From Aplysia californica (Eukaryota): a stretch of DNA of 33,936 nucleotides. The position numbers and the translations under genes are program-made. Location of the stretch: positions 833,195 through 867,130 of the forward strand of contig NW_004797292.1 of NCBI RefSeq assembly GCF_000002075.1, given 5' to 3'. A model generated the notes under the pieces. The model ran no database searches, was not told where the DNA came from, and saw nothing but the letters and a program-made list of their open reading frames with translations. Shown here piece after piece: positions 24,702 through 33,936 of the stretch (position 1 is its first letter; each line of letters begins with the position of its first letter).

Positions 24702-26189
24702 ACGCATTCATACGTTTAAATATTTTATGCTTCTTTCGGCCATTTGACCTTCCCTGTGTGTCTGTGTGACAGTACGTTTTTGTCTGTGTGTCTGTTCGTA
24801 TGGCNNNNNNNNNNNNNNNNNNNNNNNNNNNNNNNNNNNNNNNNNNNNNNNNNNNNNNNNNNNNNNNNNNNNNNNNNNNNNNNNNNNNNNNNNNNNNNNN
24901 NNNNNNNNNNNNNNNNNNNNNNNNNNNNNNNNNNACGTAAACTCGAAAGCCCTGTCTTAAAGGTCATACTTCTTAAATATCCCTATTATGTATAGGCCTA
25001 AAAGTGTTTAAGGAATACCACGCAAAAGTTTTATTAAAAAGAGATTTTACTTATGTTTTAATATATCTACACCTGTTTCTTTTTTCTATCGACGATGCAG
25101 AATCCCGTAGCATACAATGAAAATGCAAGAGCATGTTTAAATAAAAGGATCAAATCGTGGGCTGTGTGAAGTTGACGAAGATCTCCAACAGGGCCAAAGC
25201 ACGAAGGTAGAGAACAATGGAAACTCTCCTCGGAGCAGCCGAAGTTTAAGAACACACGATTAAGAATTCAAATCAATTCATCAACTCTATTGTCCAGCAT
25301 GACATGACAACTAAGTTTGCTTTTCACCCAACAAGCTTGACGGACTGTGCATTATTCTTGTGCAAAAAAAATGCTGCTAAAAATGGGGACAATTTAATAA
25401 AGTGTGCTTTGAGTTGCAATAGGCTGCAGAATGCACCATTAAAATCAATCATTCTTTTGAATATTTTCCCCTCTCACACAGGCTGGGATAGTTGTAATCT
25501 TCCAAGATTAAATGGTTTAAATAGTGTCGACGCGGGCTTAAAATTTTGATATTTCCACTCAATCAGTCACGAACTGTTAATATATCGGAATCTGTGTGTC
25601 TATTCCGTGAAGCTGGTTTGAAAAACACATATATTTTGTGATTTCAGTATGGTTTGGTTTAAAAGTGCAACACGCCGTTATTTAAGAGGCAGTAATCATT
25701 GATTCCGGTTGAAATGAGATAACTGGTTGAAGCAAAGCTCTTCAGACAAAACAATTTTAAAAAGAACTCTACCAGTGATTCGAACCTGGGTCATCCGCAC
25801 CACAAATCGGCTACAAACCTGTTAATTGATTGTTGATTTATTTTCGTTAACTTACTTTTTTTATTGGTAGGAAAAACAAGCGTATTAGACACTGTGGCCA
25901 TCAAACAGGCCTGACAATGTGTGTGTTCTGGTAACTATTTACAGATTGTTTGAAGTGATACATAGCGGATGAAGAACGAGACAGATTTGTATTTAACGAC
26001 TTGCATGCAGCACTCTAGAGGCTGTTTTAGCGGGCTTTTTTGAATAACTGAGAACCACCCAATTGAGCTTAAATCGGGCCCCTGATAAGTCTTTTTTCGG
26101 AAAGCGAGATAAGAAGCAAAAAAATCTAAATAAACATACTTCATTCGGTGACCCATTTTTTGTGATTTTTTCCCCTTTAATTTAAACGG

Positions 26190-26420
26190 TGACAATATAA
26201 ATAGAAGATTCTGGGCAAATTCTGTAGTGGGAGGCTGGATACGATCCGTGGAGATCTTTGGGAGCGGATTGTCGGAGGAGCAGGAGTAGGAATCTCTATA
26301 CGTAAGTTCAATCGTTTTGGTAAGAAAACTGACTTTTGAGGTCGTTTCATGAAATGAAGGCACGCTCATAACATGACCTTATGCAGCTGCGAGTGTCGTA
26401 AAACCATTACTAAACTAAAC
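26190..26420 (+). mobile_element. I/Nimb-like LINE 3' end relic
   Basis: Degenerate ORF2-end-like RRF..SVEIFG../GISIRKFNRFGKKTDF, then CGCTCATAACATGACCTTATGCAGCTGCGAGTGTCGTAAAACC and a TAAACTAAAC tail. The tail is the same as at 752, 5664 and 31033. Confidence 0.65.
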
Positions 26421-26960
26421 GGTGAAATGAAATAATATTACAATAGCTTAAAAACAAAACAAGTTATGTTGTTACTTTTATAAGAAAGAAACCTCACGCA
26501 CACTAGTTTCATTACTGGGTTTTTTTCAGTTTAAGCTATTGCTACCATTAAAAATTTGCTTCTTTATTTTATTAGAATCATTTATCTATTTTTTCTGTGG
26601 AACTCAGTGACTTTTTGGATATAATCTATTGCTCTAGACTTAGAGATTTTTTTCTGAATTTGATATAAACGGTTATCTCGTTCCAATCAGAGGCAGAGAT
26701 TAGATATTACCAGACGCTGTCTCGAAATAAAGGCGCGCCTTAAAATTTATACCATCCTAGAATCATAAAAATAACTGAGCTGAACAAACCACCATCCCGA
26801 TACAGTCAAAGATTCTTCTGTCTTTAAAATTCGTGATTTATTGGTTGCAAATGTTAATGTTTTACGTTAACATCGACACCATTAAAACATTTAGAATGTT
26901 ATTGCTAGCCCCAGTTGAGTGGAAGGAAAAACCTACAGCGAACTTTAAGTACAAGTTAAA

Positions 26961-28355
26961 CAATGGTGCCCAAAAAACATTTGAAAATGTATTCACCCAA
27001 TCTTCGTGTTAAAGCTTTGCACTACCCACTTAAGTAACATATCTATTTAAAGCTAAATAAATTTAGCATTATTGGACACAATAATATTCCATCTACGATG
27101 AGAATCGCCCAGAGATATGGTCACTCAAAATTGTCTTAAAATGTTAAGCTTGGCAAACTAGTGTGACATCAAAGGAGCTTAAAAATGAGTATTGACACGT
27201 GCTCGAGCATTGATGGAATGGACACGTATTGCAAGTCAAATGAATGGACTTTTTTGTTGGCAATAAGCAATATTTTATTACGGTAGCTTGAACCCGATTG
27301 GAAAACGGATCAGTCACATATACAACGTAAATCTTGGACCTAACATCACCTGTGCTGAATAGTATTTTGTTTAGAGGACCTTAGTTTTGTGTAGATCACA
27401 AACCCTTTGTTCATGAACTATGTTAACTTTTGAACACAATTATATTTTGACATGTCATCCCAAATGTCACAGAATACGCAAACAAAGCGGCTGAACTGGG
27501 AGCAGTAATGTGTCTTCAGCTGCTGTTTTATGGAGCTTCTCATATCTGTAGGATTCATATCGTGGCTATTTACTGATGACAACTCGGTCATTGATATGAT
27601 TTGCTTTCCCAAGATTGTTTTAAAGACATTGGCCCTGTGCGAAGGTGTTTTGTCATGCATGAAGATGTCAACTTAAATGACACCATGACGAAAGTATGGA
27701 CACGACGTGAAGTTCCAGTACTTGTACGATGTAGTCATCTAAAGAAAGCCTTCCATTGATTCTCACGAGTGGGGTTTTGTTCATTTCAGACCAGACCCCC
27801 CCCCCCCAGGAACTAGGGCAGATTAGTAGTCTCTATTCCTCAGTGACAGATGATTATGTTCAAAATCTTAAGAACTCAGTTTGTGCTAAAAAAAGAGGTG
27901 GTACTCTGGGCGAAACCAAAAGTCTCATAAACAAACTATTAATGAGCACATTTAATGTTAGGTCCAAGTTTCATGTGGCATTTGTGATTGCTTTGTTTTC
28001 CAATCTGTCTGAAAACATTGTAATAAGACAATGTTCATTTTTAGAGATAATAATATTCTCTATTCATCAGGTATACAATGCATGTTCATTCCACCTAATA
28101 ATATACTCAAATACAAGCGCGAACTCACTTTTACGTTTCTTTAATTCCGTACAGTTTTTCAAAGCATGAATTTTAAAGATTACCTTTAAGTGACCATATC
28201 ACGGGTGACTCTTATCGTGGATAAAAAATTATTGGGTCAGATGATGCAGAATTTATTTAACTTAATATTGCTATGCTGCATAAGTGGGTAGTGCAAGGCT
28301 TTAACAGGATAATGGTTGGGTGAATGCATTTTCAAGTTTCTTTTGGGTGCCACTG
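26961..28355 (-). mobile_element. Decayed Tc1/mariner element, copy 2 (about 1.4 kb, ~500-bp TIRs, internal DDE transposase remnant)
   Basis: The right end ...GGGTGCCACTG|TA is a Tc1-type CAGTGG terminus next to TA, and the left end is CAATGGTGCCCAAAA. Arms at about 26961-27460 and 27840-28355 are inverted. The minus-strand interior reads VRINGRLSLDDYIVQVLELHVV / DIFMHDKTPSHRA...NSHDMNP, matching the Tc1 FMHDNAP.H / SPDLNPIE motifs. Confidence 0.85.
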
Positions 28356-29489
28356 TATAATGATGAGTTCCACTACATAATGTATAACCGATATCATTTA
28401 GGTTTGTTCGTGTATATTTATTTCAAAGACAGAAGTAGATAACTATCATTTTCTTTGAACAAGTGTGANNNNNNNNNNNNNNNNNNNNNNNNNNNNNNNN
28501 NNNNNNNNNNNNNNNNNNNNNNNNNNNNNNNNNNNNNNNNNNNNNNNNNNNNNNNNNNNNNNNNNNNNNNNNNNNNNNNNNNNNNNNNNNNNNNNNNNNN
28601 NNGTCTGTGTGTGGGTGGGTGTGTGTGTTGGTGTGTGTGTGTGTACGTTTGTCTTTGTTTGTGTTTGTATTCATAAACATAAGAACAAACTGGAACAAGG
28701 CTATACAACATAAATAACAACCAATGGCGTAAGCTAATCGTCACCGCTATATTATAAAGGTAACGTATCCTGAGAAAAACATATTTATATTCATATTACT
28801 TCACAGTGACCTTCGTCTTTCCTTAACCCCCCCCCCCCCCTTCCCTCTCAAAAAGCCCAAATAAAGAAAACCAAACAAACAACAAAATGAACAAAAACAA
28901 AAGCAAAAATAGAAATACAGCTATCTGTTCAAAATAAGTTCTGTAAGGCCTAACCAAATCGTGACTAAAATGTATGTGCTGTGAATATTTGAACCCTGTA
29001 GTTTTAAGCTGACAAGAGAGGTTTTTTGTAGTTGTTGTTTTATTTACAGAAAATGCGAAGAAGTAGAGTGTGGCCTCTATAATCGCTGTTTACAAAGGCG
29101 ACAAACTCATGCCATACCAAAATATAATCCGTATTTTCAACACAACAAAAAAACTCCCTTCTTGCCGCAATCAGCTGTCGACATCTCAAACGCAGTTGGG
29201 TTTCATAGGAATGTATAATATAATTTATTCTTTTTTGTGCCCCAAACATGCCCGTAAGGACAGATTTAGAATATAATATTATTGATAAAATGTGATGCGG
29301 CATTTTTTAACTCTCAAAAAAGATACTGTTATCGCTAAAATATGCAATTATGGTCGGTGATGAGGAATATTTCCGTGGCCCGGCAGTTTTCGGTTGTTGA
29401 CGCTGTTAACAGTTGTGGTTTCCTTCCAAGGTCGCACCACGATTCTGATACACGATTTCTCGTCCTCATTTGATGCATAACTTTAATAC

Positions 29490-29823
29490 ATGATTTTGAT
29501 AGATGGTTTTGATATACAATTTGAAATATTTGGATTTTGATAGGTGATTTTAATATTGATTGATTTTGACAAATGATTTTTATACGTGTTTACGCTACAT
29601 GCTTTTCGTATATGGTTTTTAACTGTGTATTTATCATATGGATTTTGCTGTGTTGTTTTGATAAATGATTTTGAAAAAAAGCGTGATTTCCCAGCAACTG
29701 GAGTAGGGCAAGAATGTGAGTCTTTTGAAAGAATTGATTCTAATCCAGTACAAAGTCGGCTTTCAGAGAGTTTTGTATCTGAGTCCATAATATCAACGCA
29801 AAACCATACCGGTTTTTACAGTG
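29490..29823 (-). mobile_element. Possible CACTA/EnSpm-type end with degenerate ~13-bp GATTTTGATA subrepeats
   Basis: TTTTTACAGTG at 29813-29823 is the reverse complement of CACTGTAAAAA. An array of (T)GATTTTGA(TA) units lies at about 29490-29675. The other terminus was not found. Confidence 0.4.
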
Positions 29824-30102
29824 TAGATGTTAGGCGCCTCACTGCCTCCCAACTGTGTCGATGCAGGCGTAAAAACACCTTCATAAAAATTTGAAACACA
29901 AAATTCGAACAAGCGTGCCACCACTTTATTTGCCAAGACTGTTACATATCGGGGTGTTTTTTTTTCGAGTATTGGTAGCACTGGTTGTGGTGTTGGCAGG
30001 GCGTGTGGAAGTATCCTAACATAAAATTGTAAGATATGTCGTATCTACTTATCTTTGCTATGGACACAAAAGGTAAAGATGCGATTCTGACCCAAATTAA
30101 CG

Positions 30103-30106
<4 letters not shown>

Positions 30107-30145
<39 letters not shown>
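30107..30145. repeat. (CT)n microsatellite
   Basis: Directly visible. Confidence 0.95.
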
Positions 30146-30148
<3 letters not shown>

Positions 30149-30434
30149 GCCCACTATAGATCGTAAAGTGTGTAGAGCTTGCTTTTGAGGGGGCAACAGT
30201 GGTATACAAATGCTATTCATAATTCAGTTATTCTACTCAACAACTAAACAACACAAAACAACCTAGTGTGCTTTATGTGTCCTGTCCTTGTCACCCCTAC
30301 TTTTTCCCTTATAACGAAAAAATTCTGTTGTCGTCTCTCAGATGTGTGCCGAGGACAAGGAAAAAGCAAGACAGACTTCAGAATAAGAAACCTTTATCAA
30401 AAAGAGTTCCCAACGCACTCAAAGAGACTAAAAC

Positions 30435-30685
30435 ATGGCTGTCAAATCCAGATGCATGAATTTCCTTCTGCGTGCTACCTTCACCTTGCTGATGCTTCCA
30501 GTGAGTCTGGCGCAGAACAACTACTGCCCTAACGTAGAAACGATTGGAGGAACAGTAACTCTTCAAGACGGAGACATGGTCTGTGCTCCCTTAGGGCAGG
30601 GACAGTTGTCAACAGATGTTGGGAGTGACTACCTCGTCTGCACGAACGGCCAGGTCAAGAGGATGTCCTGCAACGCGCACCTCAG
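30435..30685 (+). CDS. First coding exon of a secreted Cys-containing protein with a divergent chitin-binding type-2 (CBM14/peritrophin-A)-like domain
   Basis: The exon is bounded by acceptor TCTCTCAG|30342 and donor CAG|GTAAAT (phase 2). An in-frame stop (30384-30386) lies upstream of ATG 30435, which has AACATGG Kozak context. A hydrophobic signal peptide MNFLLRATFTLLMLPVSLA|Q is followed by VC..GQG..DYLVCTNGQVKRMSCNAHL, matching the CBM14 Y..C..G......C..GL spacing. Confidence 0.75.
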
Positions 30686-31025
30686 GTAAATTACACGTCT
30701 GTTCGGTAAATTAATCGTCGAAATTCTGCCATGTTTCACCCCCAACTTCACCTATCTCCTAGTATGGCTGATCGTTGGCACACTTCTGTGGATTTTTACT
30801 AATAGTTTCTTCTACTCCTCGCTGTTCTCAGCTTTCCGCAGTTTGTTTCAGTCACGGCCAGTTCACTCTTTGATGTTTTCTAAAACCATACTGGTCTACG
30901 TCTAATACTAACAAAGTTTCGAGCAAATCGAAAAACAGGCGCTATCTGGTCTTCGGGATTTATGTTCGAGCAACTTTAGGCATAGTACTTTTTGTAGCTC
31001 AGAATAAGAACCATTTTCCCGTAAG

Positions 31026-31385
31026 AGTTTTACGGCACTTGTAACACAATAAGGCCATATAAGTGCCGAAGATTAGAGGTTTTACAAGAGTGTAACAAAC
31101 GCAAAAAGAAGGAGGGGTGATAAAGACGACAGATGTTTGATAGGAAAGAAAAAACACACCAGAGCACCCACGACCCACCCACGAATACGAACGATGTTTC
31201 CAGAGGATTGGTGTAGAGATAAAGAGTAGCTCTGTTACATAGAATCGGACAAGTAGGGATTTTTGTCCAACCGCCCGATATCGTCTGTAGTAATGGCAAT
31301 GAGCTAGTTACCCAGAGAGCACCTTAAGACCATTCTGCCTCCTTCTTAAAGTTTAACAGTGACGTCATGGCTCGAGAGTCACACC
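31026..31385 (-). mobile_element. I/Nimb-like LINE 3' end relic in an intron
   Basis: The minus strand has ORF2-end-like AMTSLLNFKKEAEW, a 3' UTR, then CGGCACTTATATGGCCTTATTGTGTTACAAGTGCCGTAAAAC. Confidence 0.65.
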
Positions 31386-31696
31386 CGGACACTGAACAGC
31401 CCTAGGGTCATATTTGATCTTGGACTTTGCTAGCCATTCATCACCACTCTCATGACAAGTTGGGAGACTACACCTACCAACACCAAAGGCAAAGAAACCA
31501 GTTTCACTTCACTTTGATGGTTTGAATTGACTTTTTTTTTAGATGAGAAAGTCACAAATATGTCACTGTCTATTTGAGAAGGCCTAAAAATGACTTATAT
31601 TTCTGGCGAGACGTTGCTGTGGCTAACGTTAAGTATGGAAGGAGCATCGATCTCCAAGCGAGCTATACTATGATACCGTGACCTAATTTGTCTCTC

Positions 31697-31728
<32 letters not shown>

Positions 31729-31729
31729 G

Positions 31730-31766
<37 letters not shown>

Positions 31767-31880
31767 AGAGAGAGAGAATAGAAAGAGATAGAAAAAATAA
31801 AGAGCAAGAGAACGAGAGAGATGAGAGAGTGAACGGGAGAGAGAGACAGAGAGAGACAGAGAAAGAGAGAGGGGCGAGGG
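31697..31880. repeat. Imperfect (GA)n microsatellite
   Basis: Directly visible. Confidence 0.95.
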
Positions 31881-32097
31881 AGAAGAGGGTGATGGAGTAT
31901 GTGCCCCCAATAGTTAAGAAAAGTTTTCCAGAGCCGCCTCCCTGAAGACAGTCAGAAATAATCGGCTGTACCATAAATACAAATTACAGATTACCGAAAG
32001 CTCTTTTAAAGACGTGTTCTCCTGGCACTCATATTATCTTCCTTCTCGTCGTTTGTATATGTGTATATGCTTATGTGTTATAATGTTATAAAGAAAA

Positions 32098-32107
32098 GAC
32101 AGAGGGG

Positions 32108-32139
<32 letters not shown>

Positions 32140-32232
32140 AGACAGACAAAGAAACAGACAGACAGACATAAACAGACAGACAGACAAACAGACAGCGACA
32201 GAGAGAGAGAGAGAGAGAAAGAGAGATAGGAG
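32098..32232. repeat. (GA)n/(GACA)n compound microsatellite
   Basis: Directly visible. Confidence 0.9.
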
Positions 32233-32691
32233 GGAGGTGCGGGAAAGGTGGGGGTGGGGGGTAGGGGGACTCATGAGTGATTGAGTGCATACACACACTT
32301 ACATACGCAAACATTCACGCTCATTCACAAACGCAACGTATACTGACACAAACTCACATATACAAATACACACACATGAGGTCACACAGCAGAATAAACA
32401 AACATTCAAATACCAACATACATGACAAGTCCTGGAGTCAGACTGTCATAACAGGACTCTCTGTTTCTAGCTTCAGTACTACGCTCCACCTCCGAAATGG
32501 AAGCGAATCTTATTTGCAGACACGAAAGAATGACAGTTAAAGTCACACCTTTCGCGTCATGATATAGTGTAGGACAAGCCGGGGAAAAAGATTAAGGAGA
32601 AATTTGAGAAAAGTTAGTGTTTGTTTTTTGCTTTCGGCCAGTTATCAAGACATGGTTGATTCAGGGTACTGGGGTACGCTGACTGATATAT

Positions 32692-32768
32692 CGCCTCTTA
32701 CATCTCTGATGGATTTCGCCTATCAAGTTGCGCCTCTTATTTCTCCTCTGATGGATTTCGCCTATCAA
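32692..32768. repeat. Local tandem duplication (two ~35-38-bp units)
   Basis: CGCCTCTTA..CTCTGATGGATTTCGCCTATCAA occurs at 32692-32726 and 32731-32768. Confidence 0.9.
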
Positions 32769-33162
32769 CCTGAAAATGTTATACGCTATCTTCTATCAAC
32801 AAGAGCCCCATATCACAGAAATTGCTTGATCAACTGTTTGCTAACATTTTGAAATGTCACACTTTTTATGGGAATGAAAATAATGGAAGTATTTTTTAAT
32901 GATTTAGCAAGCTTGGCATACACGCGTGATATATTATGGGTTATGATTGAGAATTTGGCTCCCGCAAGAATTTTAGTCCTATTTTCTGTTTTCTAACTTC
33001 TCTGTCTAGTTGATTTTGCTCTACATAATTTCACGTCGTGTCCTTCTGTATGATATTATAACATTCGTAGGTATGTAACCTGCCTACGGGCTGGTCAGTT
33101 GCAACTCTTCACTTAAATTCAGTCACCATTACCCCCCCCCCCCCAATCACCCCTCTGTCTTT

Positions 33163-33312
33163 GTGTGTATGTGTATGTGTATGCGTATGTGTATGTACAT
33201 GTATATGTTTGTGCATGCATATACGTATGTGTTTATGTATGTGTATGAGGGTATGTGTGCGTGCGTGTGAGAGCTGAGCATGCGTATGCGTATGTGTATG
33301 TGTATGTGTAAG

Positions 33313-33343
<31 letters not shown>

Positions 33344-33347
33344 TGTG
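33163..33347. repeat. (GT)n/(GTATGT)n microsatellite
   Basis: Directly visible. Confidence 0.9.
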
Positions 33348-33462
33348 TTAGTGCATGTCTTTCTCTTCACTTTTTGCAATCATTCCTTCTGTCTTCTCAT
33401 TTGTAATCTGAGGGTTTGCCTTTACGATCGTACGAGTAAGATTATTATGCACATGATTCTAG

Positions 33463-33515
33463 ACCAAACGACGAGGCGCCTATCCGTTACACCACAGACA
33501 CCGATGATCACAGAG
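33463..33515 (+). CDS. Candidate downstream exon of the CBM14-like gene (acceptor and frame uncertain)
   Basis: Strong donor GAG|GTAAGC at 33516. It is open in two frames (DQTTRRLSVTPQTPMITE or PNDEAPIRYTTDTDDHR). The acceptor TTCTAG is weak, with an alternative at 33412. Confidence 0.3.
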
Positions 33516-33776
33516 GTAAGCTGATTGGGAAGTATTCCATTTGGAATTATAACTGGGCTGCTTCCTGGTCAACAGTGCTCACCCACAAAGGGACAGAAGA
33601 CTTGCACCGTGGCGAGCTCTCTCTAATGACGTATATAATATATACACCCCAATTGTCTTTGATCAGTGCCAAGCAAATCAGAAACTTTGTCTCATGTCGT
33701 ATCAAAGGCTATACGGATGTAAAGGGAAAACTTATTATCACCATCATCATCATTGAGGTAAAGAGGTAAAGATATA

Positions 33777-33936
33777 TACCTAGTGGTTAGGCTATCGGAC
33801 TCGCAACCGTAAGGTCGTGGGTTCGAATCCCGTCAGGGGCCCGACGTTGTGTCCTTGGGAAAGGCACTTTACACGAATTTTCCTCACTTCACCCAGGTGG
33901 GAATGGGTACCCGGCTATAGACAGCGAAAGATCTTG
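33777..33936 (+). mobile_element. tRNA-derived CORE-type SINE (runs off the window end)
   Basis: CCTAGTGG A-box remnant, B-box GGTTCGAATCC (33820-33830), then GTTGTGTCCTTGGGAAAGGCACTTTACACGAATTTTCCTCACTTCACCCAGGTG..AATGGGTACC. The head and CORE are shared with the copy at 2941. Confidence 0.85.

Noticed and set aside
25770-25810. B-box-like GGTTCGAATC on the minus strand (and a similar motif near 18431)
   Set aside because: Too degenerate to delimit. These are probably old SINE heads, but I cannot support that.
31663-32540. Glu/Arg-rich, Ser/Leu-rich and His/Thr-rich ORFs
   Set aside because: Translations of (GA)n and CA-rich low-complexity sequence.
33777-33842. tRNA gene on the plus strand
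   Set aside because: It is 5'-truncated and followed directly by a CORE-like SINE domain shared with the copy at 2941.
1-33936. CRISPR array, operon or hammerhead ribozyme
   Set aside because: This is eukaryotic intron/intergenic DNA with no regularly spaced repeat-spacer array. The CTGATGA motifs I checked by eye lacked a properly placed GAAA and stems.

Overview
Repeat-rich eukaryotic (animal) genomic DNA from a gapped scaffold, with 7 N-gaps and many (GA)n/(CA)n/(GTT)n microsatellites and poly-C/G runs. The repeat types (tRNA-headed CORE- and Meta-like SINEs, I/Nimb-like LINE tails) suggest a marine invertebrate such as a gastropod, but that is inference. Almost all listed ORFs are artefacts of gaps, microsatellites or antisense frames. 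One convincing protein-coding exon (30435-30685, +) encodes a signal peptide and the start of a divergent chitin-binding type-2 (CBM14)-like domain. A candidate Pol II promoter with a non-coding first exon lies about 17 kb upstream (13092-13203), and there are a few weaker orphan exon candidates. The rest is mobile-element history: two decayed copies of a long-TIR Tc1/mariner element that retain a DDE transposase remnant (one split by a LINE insertion with a 10-bp TSD), four LINE-type 3' tails sharing a covarying stem-loop, several SINEs, MITEs and a Ty3/gypsy gag fragment. I found no clear evidence of a wholly new biological system. The most promising leads are the divergent secreted CBM14-like gene and the covarying retroposon 3' stem-loop.
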